A DNA stretch of 64,000 bases. Source: Eledone cirrhosa. Lineage: Eukaryota. Shown here one piece after another: positions 1 to 12,030 of this stretch. The stretch spans positions 89,218,001 to 89,282,000 of the forward strand of contig OZ024741.1 in NCBI GenBank assembly GCA_964016885.1, in the 5' to 3' direction. A program made the translations under genes and the position numbers. Numbering within the stretch: position 1 is the first letter of the stretch; the number at the start of each line of letters is the position of its first letter. The notes beneath the pieces are model-generated. The model made no database searches. It saw only the letters and a list, made by a program, of their open reading frames with translations, and had not been told where the DNA came from.

Positions 1-300
1 CTCCGGAGTAGTGTAAAATAAAGTTAAATAAAAGTCAAATGATTAAAATTTAGCTTCGTTTATTACTGCTAAAAGGAAAAGCACAGCTCTCTCCGACCTG
101 ATCTGGAAGCTTAAGCTGGACAGGACCCCATACTCTCTGGCCTGGTACATAATCAGGAAAGTACCACCCGATAAAGGGGGATCTTGCATATGCAAACTAT
201 GCCTGAACGAGACCCTCGAGATACTAAGAGGTGGAAGCGGCCTGATAAACCTCAGAACCGACTTCTTCGGGACATGGGACATGCAGACACCTTAGAGCCG

Positions 301-468
301 GGACCTTTCTCAAAATATATGGACAGTAGCAACACAAGAAGATGTGAACTCCCCTCAAGCTATAGGGACTTCTACAGAACATGAAAACACCTCTCGGCCA
401 GACCTCCCTCAAGCTATATGGGCAATAACAACACCCTAGGTTGTGAACTCCCCTCAAGCCACAGGGAA
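301..468 (+). repeat. Imperfect two-copy tandem repeat (~100-bp period) inside the Penelope 3' UTR
   Basis: tgtgaactcccctcaagc(t/c)a(t/c)agggA occurs near 344 and 442, with similar upstream sequence. Confidence 0.65.
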
Positions 469-1532
469 CAACCCAGGCGGAGCAGACACCATGATAGCCT
501 AGAGATAGAATCGGACACAGCCATAATAATTTGGCCAACATCTATAACACAAACACTTTTAATTTACCAGATTTCTGACTTTCAAGTTCCAATCTTAAAT
601 CTTGATTTCTCTTTATTAATTTGTTATTTGTTTTCTGCCCTCTTCACTGTATCACCTTATATTTATTTTAAGTTGAGATAGATTATAACACAAACACATT
701 GAATATCTCATCTTAACATCTTGTATCATACCAATCTATCCAACATATTCTGACCTTGAGATTGGTTATAGCACACACACACACACTTTATCCTACATTA
801 TTTCTCACTTCTCCATATACATTATCATTACTTTTTCACCAATCTCTCATTTACTCTTTATTCTTTATTCTCTATTTATTTATTTATTTTCAAATTACAC
901 AAATTATATTAATTATTTTATTTTATTATATTATTTATTTATTTTCTGTTTTCTTCATTTATTGCCTTATATTTCTTCATATACATGAAAGACCCCCCCC
1001 CCCCCCACCACCACCACTACGATGGTGGCGGGAGGGATGAAGAAAATACACAAACTGGATACTTCTACATTGTTAGCAGCAGCAAGATATAAGCTGACCA
1101 CTACAACAACAACAGTACCAAAATAATGGTGGAGGTCAAATGTACTGAACAATAGCAGGCAAAAACACTACAGGGAGCCTCACCCCAGAAAGAATTCTAT
1201 AGACTTCTGACTGAGGAATGCTCTCAGAACTGAACAATGGGAAGTTTGACACTTTTTTTGTTATTTTGTTCCTTTAACACCTTGTCCCTTCTACCATTTT
1301 ATCAATTTTTAAGCTAACTCCAACAATAACAACACTTAGAATGAGGAATGTTCTAATAACTGACCAATGAGAAGAGAAGGGGACCTGTGACACGAAAATT
1401 CGTTTGTTTGAATTCATATGACTCCAGTTCCCCAGTGAATTAACAACCCAACAAGGAACTGGGCATATCAGAGTATTGACAATATCATACACCTAAATAA
1501 CATATGTACTTGTCTATACCATACTAATTCAA

Positions 1533-1587
1533 ACTGCCTGAAGAGGTCACAGCCAAAGATGGCTGTCACTGAAATATATATAGCAGT
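1533..1587 (+). ncRNA. Minimal type I hammerhead ribozyme
   Basis: actgc-CUGAAGA-g gtcacagcca aaga tggctgtcac t-GAAA-uauaua-UA-gcagt. Stem I is actgc/gcagt, stem II is long, stem III is palindromic. Predicted cleavage is after 1582. Confidence 0.85.
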
Positions 1588-1656
1588 AATAAACGAAGCT
1601 AAATTTTAATCATTTGACTTTTATTTAACTTTATTTTATATATATATATATATATA

Positions 1657-1707
<51 letters not shown>

Positions 1708-1708
<1 letters not shown>

Positions 1709-1948
1709 TTATGTAATAAACAACTTAAGATAATTATTTCATTTACCAAAGGTTTCAGGAAGACAGACGAGCCTGACACAGACGTCTGGCTTCGGTCGTC
1801 ACATTTCTGACGTGAAATCAGTCAGACGTCTGTGTCAGGCTCGTCTGTCTTCGTGAAACCTTTGGTAAATGAAATAATTATCTTATATTGTTTATTGCAT
1901 AACATAGAGCACTCTCTTTTCCTTTACCTTTCCTACGGAAACACTTCA
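1708..1948. mobile_element. Fold-back palindrome (1708-1903) derived from a hammerhead-bearing Penelope tail
   Basis: Near-perfect arms of ~80 bp containing GAAACCTTTGGTA-AATGAAATA, the same stem III/I motif as the hammerhead at 37128-37201. Flanked by (TA)n. Confidence 0.7.
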
Positions 1949-1974
1949 TATATATATATATTTTTTTTTTTTTT

Positions 1975-2183
1975 CGGTCGACTTTCGTCAAATCGGGCCG
2001 AGGAAACAATGTTTCCGTTGGTCTTTCCAATTGCTAATACTATCTATCGGCCGCAACTCCAGGTAGAAGGAGCAACGTGAAATAAAGTATCTACCTCAAG
2101 GACATAATGCATCGCCCGGTCCAGGAATCGAACTCACAACCTCATGAATGTGAATCCAATTCTCTAACCACTTAGCCACGCCC
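1975..2183 (-). mobile_element. tRNA-derived SINE, family B
   Basis: Minus strand has A box TGGCTAAGTGG and B box GTTCGATTCC. A close second copy lies at 35403-35597. Confidence 0.75.
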
Positions 2184-2186
2184 CTT

Positions 2187-2220
<34 letters not shown>

Positions 2221-2263
2221 ATGCACACACACATACACACGCATATATATATGTATGGTGGTG

Positions 2264-2308
<45 letters not shown>

Positions 2309-2547
2309 TTTTGGTTGTATAGAAGAGAAGAGGGAAGGGTAAAGGGGAAATGTGAAAAAATCAATATGATGTGTGAAATGTTATGTGAAATGTGAAATGT
2401 GAAATGTGAAACGTAATATAACATCGCAATAATTACGTTTTTGTTGTTATTATATTAACACGTGTATGTACCTTTCACTTTTAATAACAAATATATACTC
2501 TCTAAATCTCTCTCTCTTTTCTTTCTCTTTCTCTCTCGCTCTCTCTG

Positions 2548-2582
<35 letters not shown>

Positions 2583-2801
2583 TAAAATAACAGATTAAAG
2601 TTTAAGCAAAGAATCGCTGCTTGCACCCTTAACGGGATCTTCTGAAACTAACAAAGTCAATCTGTAAACGCAGAAGTGAATATATCAAAAAACGTTGCAC
2701 CGGAGGAAGACAGGAAGACGATACTTTGATTCGTGGAAACGTTCCCTGGCAAAAAACGGGAAAAAACGAATATAATACGTCATTATTTGGAGCGGTGAAT
2801 T

Positions 2802-2987
2802 GGCGGTGGATTGGCAGTATCGGTAGAGGGTCGGATGCCATGCTTTGAAGCATAGAGTTACCTCCCTGTATGATATGAGTTCAAATCCCGCCGAGGTTAA
2901 CTTTGACTTTCATCCTTCCGGGGTCGATAGAATAAAGTACCAGTAATGCATTGAGTAATTGCTGGTCTTGTGCCAAAAGTAGAAACA
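2802..2987 (+). mobile_element. tRNA-derived SINE, family A, with 18-bp TSD
   Basis: A box TGGCAGTATCGG and B box GTTCAAATCC. TSD attatttggagcggtgaa at 2782-2799 and 2988-3005. Confidence 0.85.
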
Positions 2988-3214
2988 ATTATTTGGAGCG
3001 GTGAAAAACAATTACACGCAAAGACAAAACCACGTTTATGGTATAAAAGAAGTCGTAGACTAATATACCATTAGGTGGTTCATAGAGACGTTCTCTGGCA
3101 TTGAACGGAAAAAAACGAAGATAATACATCATATGTGGAGCGTGGAGAACAATTGCACGCAAAGACAAAACCATGTAAATGGTATAACTGAAGTCGTAGA
3201 CTAAAATTCTAACT

Positions 3215-3366
3215 AGGAAACCGAATGATTCTCGGCTTCAGAGTTAAGAATAAAGTAAATAAAATACAGAGGTAATTGAAATTAAATAAATACATACACG
3301 CATCCATATACGTGCATACACAAGCATACGCGAAAACACTCGCCATAGGTATACAAATACACTCAC

Positions 3367-3408
<42 letters not shown>

Positions 3409-4041
3409 ATGTATACAAATAATTAAATAAACGTATATAAATAAATAAATACGTATATAACCAGCACACACATATACCTACATGTAAATACACATATTTT
3501 CGGAGACGTACGTCAACCAAAACACGAAGTACACATATACACACACCCTACACACGTACGAACCCGCATACTCACACATACGCAAAACTCACGTATACAC
3601 ATAACCAAAAGCATATGTACCAGAATATATAAAATATACGCCATAACATATACAATCAAATATACGTACGAGAAAGTATACGTACCTTCACAAAACATAC
3701 AGGTAATATATACATACCTATACAAATAAGTAATGGTATAAACATAACATATACTTAGCTACCACATCAAGACGTAAAATATCCGCGTATAGATCGTACT
3801 ATCCGTTAGGGTATAATGTGGGGCTGTAATACAGGAAAGTTTTGTGCAATTTTTTTACAAGCCGAAATTGCCTCAGATTTTTTGTTTAAGATGTGGTCTG
3901 TGGCGTAGAGTATTTCCAGGGCCTCAGCGGCCCAGAGGTCACATGGTCTTTTATTTCCGTTATACGATAGCCCTAGCTAGGATCTCCCATACATAAACCT
4001 TTGTTCGTACTGCCTCTCTGTTTTGTTCCCGTTCCATTTTC

Positions 4042-4043
<2 letters not shown>
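3215..4043 (-). mobile_element. Decayed Penelope-like element 3' fragment
   Basis: Minus strand ~3850-3955 reads KRPCDLWAAEALEILYATDHILNKKSEAISACK, matching the C.LC..E..IL...LNK.SE...C pattern of the Penelope endonuclease C-terminus. Confidence 0.6.
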
Positions 4044-4113
<70 letters not shown>

Positions 4114-4115
<2 letters not shown>

Positions 4116-4274
4116 CGAATGAAGTGTGGTAAGGAACCAGTTGGACCATAACGTACCAGAGTACTTGATACTTTGGGTAGCAGTGGGTAATAGGAAAAGG
4201 TTCAGGACCCCGACGGCAGAGCTCAAGTCGAAACGGCTTGAGCTCTGCCGTCGGGGTCCTGAACCTTTTCCTAT
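4114..4274 (-). mobile_element. Half-hammerhead fold-back element (family H1) inserted in (TA)n
   Basis: Perfect 38-bp-arm hairpin at 4190-4274 containing GAAAC-GGC..GCC-GTC-ggggtcct, plus a shared tail (gtaaggaaccag..gaccataacg). Copies at ~9760, 9985, 17798 and 44436. Confidence 0.75.
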
Positions 4275-4526
4275 ATATATATATATACATATTGATATAG
4301 ATAGATACACACATATATATATATAAATATATGTGTGTGTGTGGTGAGTGTATATATATATATATATATATATATACAGTATTTTCCGTTGTGTTGTAAT
4401 ATAAATATTACACACAGTAGATTATCAGCTCACGTAGAGTTTGCTCGACGGTTCCAGTTGTAGTTCCAAAATTAATCCGGAGAAAAATAGAAAGATTTGA
4501 ATGGATACAGTTTAGTTGAAAGGAAT

Positions 4527-4646
4527 TTATTGACACGTGTTTCTATAACAGTTACATAACCTAAAACAGCTGCTATCTACAAACTTTTAGTTATGCAGAC
4601 ATTCAATATTTCAATGTTATTATTTACTGTCATTTCATCAGAATAA
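4527..4646 (-). ncRNA. Type I hammerhead with a large loop II insert
   Basis: Minus strand: uuauu-CUGAUGA-a augacagu..(~70 nt)..acuguuau a-GAAAC ACGU GUC-aauaa. Confidence 0.7.
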
Positions 4647-5200
4647 TATTACTGAGGACCTATTTAGTTTTTATAGAGAATATTAGGAGGGAGGGGTGAA
4701 GTTGTTAGAAGAATAGTTGAAGGAGTGGTTTTTCGATAGCAGTGAGAATTCTTGGTGGCAGTGAGTAATTAGATTCCCATCTGTTGTTTTGACATTTTTT
4801 ATAGAATGTATTATTGCTTATTTTTCTAAATCTATAGAAGGATTAGAGATAGTAAAGATATGCGTGGTTGGTTTTGTGTTTGCACTTAATTAACATTCAG
4901 ACTTAAATTTTTCTTTCAAGTGTACGTATCCTTTCACCCACGCATTCACACACAAATATATTTGCACACCTCTACAAAATACATATATTCACAATTCACA
5001 TATTCATACTTACATATATATACACATGCATACACATATATATATACACACATGTATTCATGTACATACATACGCGCTCATGTGTATACATTTTCATACT
5101 CAACTTATCTTTATATACACACGTATAGACACACACATATATACATACATACTCTAGTCCATGTGTACACACATACACATACATACACATCCATATACAC

Positions 5201-5259
<59 letters not shown>

Positions 5260-5462
5260 CATATATATACATATATATATATAAGCACTTTAATACATGA
5301 ATACACTTACATCTAACTATACACATCAAACATATATATATATTTACTTATTTATATACATTTTCACATATATATATACATACTTATGGACGTTTTTTGA
5401 CACATTCATTATCGCATATTTGTACCTATTCTCATCAGCATATCTTTCCATTATTAGTGTGG

Positions 5463-5530
<68 letters not shown>

Positions 5531-6084
5531 AGTCGTAACTCGGGGCAGAGAGCGTAAACATTTCCAGTGCCATCTAATTCTGGCGTTTGTATAGCTTACA
5601 ATTTCAGATTTTATATATCAACCTCTGTCAGTATGTTAGCAATTACAAAGGAAAATCTTGCTGTTGGCAGGTCCGTTGCCAAAGAGAATGGGGGACAGTG
5701 GATGGCAATGAACGCCCCTCCTACGTTTCAAATGTGCACTCTCAGATTTAGAAAACAGGGTTTATATTATTTTTAAAATCGTCTTGAAACGTTCTTTGTG
5801 AAAGGGTGTCCACCCAGAATATGCTGAAGCCTCACCCTCACACCCAAACAACAAAGCCTGGGGACGAGACTGGCTATTTAACAACAGGCTTGACATTTTG
5901 CAGTGTTTGTAGTAATATGCTTGACACTATGCACCAACTGAGTAATATGTCTTTAAAATGATAGCTAAGCGCCCAATATAAATCCATGTGTCGCACCGAT
6001 TCCGACTCTGAGATTGTAACCTCTACTGAGTCTGTGTATCCATGATATAATGTGTTCAGTGATCATTTTAACCAGCAACATATC

Positions 6085-6360
6085 CCTGTTTGTGTAGTTC
6101 TAAATCTAATTTTGTGCAGTAAGATTATATTTTGTGTTAAGTACTACGTGTGCTTACATGATAAATGATGGTTAAATTACCGAAAACACTTATAAAATTA
6201 TAAAAATAACCATTTTAAATGCTTCTCAGACTCAGAGAATATCAAACACTGGGTCACTGTCCTTGCCTCAAAGATTTGTGCAGTTCTAAAACTTCTTTAA
6301 AATAAACTCTGAATGTGTTAAAGAGGTGATAGAAGTACCAGAAAATTCCTAACATTGAAT
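6085..6360. repeat. Dispersed MITE-like repeat family
   Basis: aaatgcttctcagac..aaacactgggtca..aaagatttgtgcagttctaaaa recurs at ~24000-24110 (rc), ~27150-27280 and ~42075-42290 (rc). Confidence 0.55.
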
Positions 6361-7351
6361 TGCATATCATTTTCATGAACCCATTTCTATATGGCACTGA
6401 GGTATTTTTGTGGGTTGTTGACATCATCAAAACTTGATTATCCTTCATAATTACAGTTCATGAAAACAACTAGCGAGAGTGGTTGATCTAATAACTTTTG
6501 ATATGTTTGTAAAAACTATTAATTACAAAAATATAATGTCTCAAAAAGAATTCCCCGATGCACTCCACTAAGAATTGTTTATTTTCTTTATTTTCAAAGG
6601 GTACAATTGGTGGCAACAACCTAACATTCATCCCTGGCTAAACTCGCGCAACCACACTCCTTGTCTTCCGGCTATGTCGAGAAGATGTAGCTTGTGACGT
6701 TATCTCGTATCAACTTTATCGAAATTCTTCTAAAGTCGAGTTTTACAGGTTGAGTAGCTGCTTCAAAATCTAGTCGAAATGCTGTAAAGATTGCCTAGGG
6801 CAGCTTTCTACCCGGATAATAAACATCTGTGACACTGAATTCATTTTCTCTTGGAATATAGTCAGTTACTCTGGTAATTCGCTCTTATGACCTTGCTGAT
6901 ATTTAATTTCAGGGGATTAGGTCTGTAGTGTTTTATTTTCTCTTTTGTGAATAAGAAATATCATGTCTTATTCCAATACTTTAGTATCTTTACCATTTTC
7001 AAAAAGGGTGTAGAAATATATAAATAAGGAAGTTTAAGGTAGGCATTAAAAAAAATTACCTGAAACTCCCAGAACATGTTCCCGAGTTCACAATCATATT
7101 ATATTTATTTATATGTATTTAATTACTGGTTCCATATATATGTGTGTGCGGTAGTGGTATAATGAAGTCGTTCTTCATTCGATTTTTCACTTATCATTTG
7201 AAGATAGCGCGATTCACTTTCTTCTTTAAATTCACTGAAGCTGTTTCTTTTGCAAATATCTATAAGATTCTAGCGATGGATGCGTACGTAAAGATATATA
7301 TATATATATAGAGAGAGAGAGAAAAAAACCACAGACCCTCCATCTCAACTC

Positions 7352-7392
7352 TACTTTTGAAAAGCAGAAGAACTGCGAAACCGGTAAAGGAA
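7352..7392 (+). ncRNA. Degenerate hammerhead remnant
   Basis: cttt-TTGAAAA (mutated core)-gcag aagaa ctgc-GAAACCGGTA-aagg. Confidence 0.4.
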
Positions 7393-7523
7393 CCAAATAA
7401 ATATATATATATTTTTTTTTAAATAAGACTTCAGTTGCATTTTCGATTTCATCTCTTTTTCTTTATACTTTCACTCGTGTAGGACACCTCGGTTATTTTT
7501 CAATTTGTAAAAAAAAACCTCAC

Positions 7524-7605
<82 letters not shown>

Positions 7606-7608
7606 CTC

Positions 7609-8725
7609 TATTAAGTATTCCAGCCGAGAGGCTAAGGCCATGCTGGGGCATTGCCATTAATGCTACACTTTCTATAGCCAGCCTTCCCTGGTTGGCCATT
7701 GATGCCAAAGGGAGTTTGTTGCTGCTGCTCTTATTTGTGCTTCACTTCGGGATGTGGATTCATCCGGGATCTTGGTCAGTAGAATGTCGAGATGTCTCTT
7801 GAAACATTCTACATGCACACCATGTAGATCTCTCAGATGTTTTTGACAGCTTATTAAAAAGCCGGGGGTTTTGCAATGTTGCAAGATCATTATATCTTTA
7901 TTCTCAATACGACGGATGGCACCTTTGGCACTACACAATGGTGTCCTGTTCGCAGGCTGGTCCTGCCTTCAATGCCGAAGTTTGGTACTAACCCTTCCAG
8001 GATCTTCCATGTGTATATCATTACGTATCTCCCCCGTCTTCGCTCCAGGGAATAAAGCTTTAGTTTTTTCAGCTTCTCCCAGTAGCTCATCTCTTTCATT
8101 GAGGCAATCCTCTTGGTGGAGATTCGTTCTGCAGTTAGTTTGACAGTGCGGGGCGACCACAGCTGAGAGTAATAGTCCAGTCCGCTGAGAATGAAAGTCC
8201 TCCAGAGGACCAACATGGTTTCCGGGTCTCTTGTCCTGAATGTCCTCAGAATCCATCCCGCCAGTCGCTATTCATTGACGTCATTTTGTTGATGTGTGCA
8301 TAAAACGACGCATCATTGCTCATGTCAATACCCAGGTCCCGTATATATTTGGACTCAGGGATTTCTATTCCTTCTTGTCCAGTGTACCTTTGTTGTGGTG
8401 GTCGTATGTTTGAGGGTTGATAGCAGAGGGCTTGAAACTTACCTGCATTAAATTGTATATTGTTGTTTTTAGCCCATCGGTACAACGGCATCTAAATCTT
8501 GATGTAAGAGAGGAGCTTCAGCCGGTTTCTTGATTGCCTGTGCTACTTTCGTATCATCAACATAGCTTGTGGGGGAGGCTGTCTGTGTTACAGGGAGCAT
8601 GTCTGAGAAAGCCACCACAAACAGTAGTGGCTGCAAAACGGTTCCTTGGGGCACGCTGCTTGTTATTGACGTTTCATTTCAGAGGGCCCCGTTGGCTGTA
8701 ACAGTCAGGCTTCTGTCTTTTAAGA
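7609..8725 (-). mobile_element. CR1/L2-group LINE RT fragment (pseudogenised)
   Basis: PQGTVLQPLLF, SYVDDTK, IRDLGI and LYSLERRR motifs across frameshifted ORFs 8469-8654, 8246-8491 and 7890-8216. Confidence 0.85.
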
Positions 8726-8726
8726 A

Positions 8727-8782
<56 letters not shown>

Positions 8783-8844
8783 GTATAGAATTTATATATA
8801 CATACATATATATATATATACATGCGAGTGTGTGTGTGTGTGTG

Positions 8845-8875
<31 letters not shown>

Positions 8876-8911
8876 AGCGAGAGGGGATGAGAGAGAGGGA
8901 GAGAGAGAGAG

Positions 8912-9178
8912 ACACCATTCGGTCAGAAATGTTGCCATCCATGGTACAAGCCCGGCAAGGTGCTTTTGTAGAAGACCATCAATCGCCCATGCATACTAGT
9001 CTCCTCACTCCCCGCCACAATGTCATCCAAAGAAAAGGCAAAGGTCAATACAGCTTGGCACCTGTGACGTCGCAACTGAATGGATCGGCGCAGCGTGATA
9101 TATAGAGGCTTGCCCACTTGAGGTATCTATTAAATACATGATTGGGAGCCCAACGTTCTAACCATTAAGTCAGGCGCC
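8912..9178 (-). mobile_element. SINE-like repeat
   Basis: tRNA-like head on the minus strand (ggcgcctgacttaatggttagaacgttggg) and a (CT)n tail. Confidence 0.5.
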
Positions 9179-9577
9179 TATATATATATATATATATATA
9201 TATATAGATAAAATTGTTTCTACTTTTGGCAAGGCCAGCAATTATCCCAGTGCATTAATATATAATGATACAAGGACGATTTGTTTAACCCTCATTACGT
9301 TTATTCATTGGTGACGCGGGTTTCGCTATTGATCAGCTCAAGGTTCTATCTGTATCGATCTGGCCGGACTCTGGAATCAAAAGCTCGTCGGACCTCTGCT
9401 ATTGTAATGACAGAATGAACATATAAAGCATAGAAATACCTGTAATATTTCGCGTTCAGATATGTATATAATTCTACTAACGCATTACGCACCTTTTAAA
9501 ACTGTGCTCACCTCCCGATAGACATTGGGAATCCACTCATTATATATATATACATACGTGTGTGTGTGTGTGTGTGT

Positions 9578-9751
9578 AACCAGGGTTCATTCGGGGGTAA
9601 CCACAGTAAGTAAGGTACTCAATACATAGAAGAGTAATGTTTAATATAGAAATGGCTTCTACAGGATTATAACTGTTTCATTCGAAGGCCCTTATGATTT
9701 CCTTCGAATGAAATAGTTCTAGTCCTGTAGAAGCCATTTCTATATAAAACA
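9578..9751. mobile_element. Fold-back palindrome (9638-9751) from a second ribozyme-tail family
   Basis: ~50-bp arms (tatagaaatggcttctacagga..tcctgtagaagccatttctata). The centre ttcgaagg..ccttcgaa is followed by GAAA. Confidence 0.6.
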
Positions 9752-9759
9752 GTATATAA

Positions 9760-9911
9760 CAAAGAAGGTGTTGTAAGATACCAGGTGGACCATAACGCAC
9801 CAGAGTACTCGATACTTAGGGTAGTGGACAGCTAGATCCGAACTGTTCGATCTAGCTGTAGAAACGGCCGGAGCTTAGCCGTCGGGGTCCTGACTCTTTT
9901 TCTATTAAACA

Positions 9912-9988
<77 letters not shown>

Positions 9989-10145
9989 AACGAGTAGGAC
10001 CCCGACGGCTGAGCTCAAGCCGTCGAAACGGCTTGAGCTCAGCCGTAGGGGTCCTACTCGTTCCTATTACCCACTCTACTACGCTAAGTATTGAGTACTT
10101 TGGTGCGTTATGGTCCACTTGGTTCCTTACCACATTTACTTCGTT
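9760..10145. mobile_element. Two family-H1 half-hammerhead elements either side of a (TA)n tract
   Basis: 9760-9912: tail in rc, then stem acagctagatc..gatctagctgt, then GAAACGGC..GCCGTC ggggtcct. 9985-10145: hairpin 9985-10066 plus tail. Confidence 0.7.
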
Positions 10146-10146
10146 A

Positions 10147-10194
<48 letters not shown>

Positions 10195-10195
<1 letters not shown>

Positions 10196-10902
10196 TAGCA
10201 TTAAAGCCCGGCGTTGCTCGGGGTCAGTAAGTTACCAAAGTTAGGTTGCACCACCCATTTTATGGCAGCACTTTTTTGTCTGCCAGGCACTGGGTGAATG
10301 AATTGCAGACCTGGACTGCCGAAGCAGGAGCTGCGCCAGCAGTGACAATTGTAGTTTCGCCTATAGATCTTATCTCTGTGCAAAGAAGTGTTGAAATTTA
10401 TTGTTTCACAGTACTTGCGCAACACGTGCGTAGACGATGCCAGCCGAACAACAGAGCTGCGATGGAGTTGTTCTGCATGGTTGTCTAATGTGTGTTTTCT
10501 AAATTTAAGACAGCAGGGAGGGGTGTGATATGGGGGAGAGTCAGCTACTATTTTTAGCAGGTTTAGTGACCTCATAGAGAATATGTTTTCTAAATTTAAG
10601 ACAGTAGGGAGTGGTGTGATGTGGGGGAGAGTTTGTTGCTGTTTCTAGCAGGTTTAGTGACCACATAGAGGATATTATTGTGTATAGTAAATGAACTGAT
10701 ACTTCTTTCTTCCACGTTCGTTGATAGATGTTTTAAAAAAGATTTATCGCTATTTTTTTGTTGTTGAATAAATTTATCTGTTGCTTTTGAATAATTGTTG
10801 TTTCGTATGAAATGTAATAAGTTCTCTTTGTCATTGAAGTAAATAAATATTTGGCCGTTCCACACTCAAAAACAAACGTTCTCTCTCTCTCTCTCTCTCC
10901 TT

Positions 10903-10940
<38 letters not shown>

Positions 10941-11184
10941 GTTTAAGGGGAGTAGAGAGAGGTAATCAGATTCTATTAGAGGGGTAAAGCGTCATGTATT
11001 TAGTTTTATCGATTATTTCCGTAATTGTGGGTGAGTTTGAATGAAATAAATAGTCGTTGACCTAAGTTAGACCATTTACAACATTCTTACAGACTTTGAG
11101 TCGAATCGGTTTGAAATTGTGCAAATGTATAAACATGGAACATGCACACACACACAACAACAACAACAATCTGCCTTTTATAGA
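10195..11184 (-). mobile_element. Non-autonomous Helitron
   Basis: Minus strand starts TC after an A (11184), ends with hairpin cccgagcaacgccggg then CTAG before a T (10195). Internal ~91-bp tandem duplication at 10493-10680. Confidence 0.75.
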
Positions 11185-11188
11185 TAAT

Positions 11189-11370
11189 TGTTTCTACTTT
11201 AGGCACAAGGCCAGCAATTACCCAGTACATTACTGGTACTTTATTTTATCGACCCCGTAAGGATGAAAGACAAAGTTAACCTCGACGGGATTTGAACTCA
11301 GACCGTAAAGGGACGTAACTATGCTGGGAAGCATAGCGTCCGACCCTCCACCGATACTGCCAATCCAATC
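11189..11370 (-). mobile_element. SINE family A with 18-bp TSD
   Basis: ctgccttttatagataat at 11171-11188 and 11371-11388. Confidence 0.85.
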
Positions 11371-11389
11371 CTGCCTTTTATAGATAATG

Positions 11390-11422
<33 letters not shown>

Positions 11423-11607
11423 TACACACTTATATATAAAGGAAGGGATACAGAATGCCTTTGTAATTTCATTTCGTTTAGGACTTAGGTCTTCAGAACG
11501 AGAACGTGTACTAGAGAGAGAGAGAGAGATGCGTTCAAATAGACACACGTGCAGACAGACAGGTAGTGAGGCAGGCAGTGAGAAAGAAGCAGCAGCGAAA
11601 CAAAGAA

Positions 11608-11761
11608 CTATGGGCGTGTACGTTCCGTTAGTAGTTGCGAAATGAGAGGCTTATCAAAGAAGTAGGAATTCTTTCTAACTGATATGACATCACATACAAA
11701 ATGCACACATAAACACACACATCAGGTCGCTAGCAAAACACCCTTGCGTCCGTAATTCCTA

Positions 11762-11796
<35 letters not shown>

Positions 11797-11891
11797 TCAT
11801 TTATTTTTATATATATGTATATATATATATATATTTATTTATTTATATATATATATATATATTTGTGTGTGTGTGTATGTATGTATTTTTG

Positions 11892-11930
<39 letters not shown>

Positions 11931-12030
11931 GCGTTTATGTTACGTAAGTAGTTGCGAAGTGAGAGACTTCTCAAACAGGAATTCTTTCAAACAGCTATGA
12001 CATAACACAAACATATGCACAGACAAACAC
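11608..12030 (+). repeat. ~110-bp direct repeat pair separated by microsatellite
   Basis: tatgggcgt..tagttgcgaa.tgaga..ggaattcttc..atgacat at ~11609-11718 and ~11926-12030. Confidence 0.7.

Larger units (their letters stand above)
14..1638 (+). mobile_element. 5'-truncated Penelope-like retroelement (GIY-YIG C-terminus, 3' UTR, hammerhead, tail) with an inverted copy of its tail at the 5' junction
   Basis: 71-295 translates KRKSTALSDLIWKLKLDRTPYSLAWYIIRKVPPDKGGSCICKLCLNETLEIL, typical of the region C-terminal to the Penelope GIY-YIG core. 14-71 is the reverse complement of 1581-1638. The element ends in (TA)n. Confidence 0.8.

Noticed and set aside
301-468. CRISPR-like repeat-spacer pattern here and at 10493-10680
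   Set aside because: Only two degenerate units, in a eukaryotic transposon context with no cas genes.
2802-2900. tRNA genes at A/B-box sequences
   Set aside because: They are heads of multi-copy SINEs with TSDs, and no cloverleaf is evident.
3209-5557. Many [14 protein letters not shown] ORFs here and throughout the window
   Set aside because: They are translations of (TA)n, (CA)n and (TACA)n microsatellites.
5530-7097. Possible DNA transposon bounded by aactcggg/cccgagtt
   Set aside because: Only an 8-bp exact inverted match, with no TSD and no transposase remnant.
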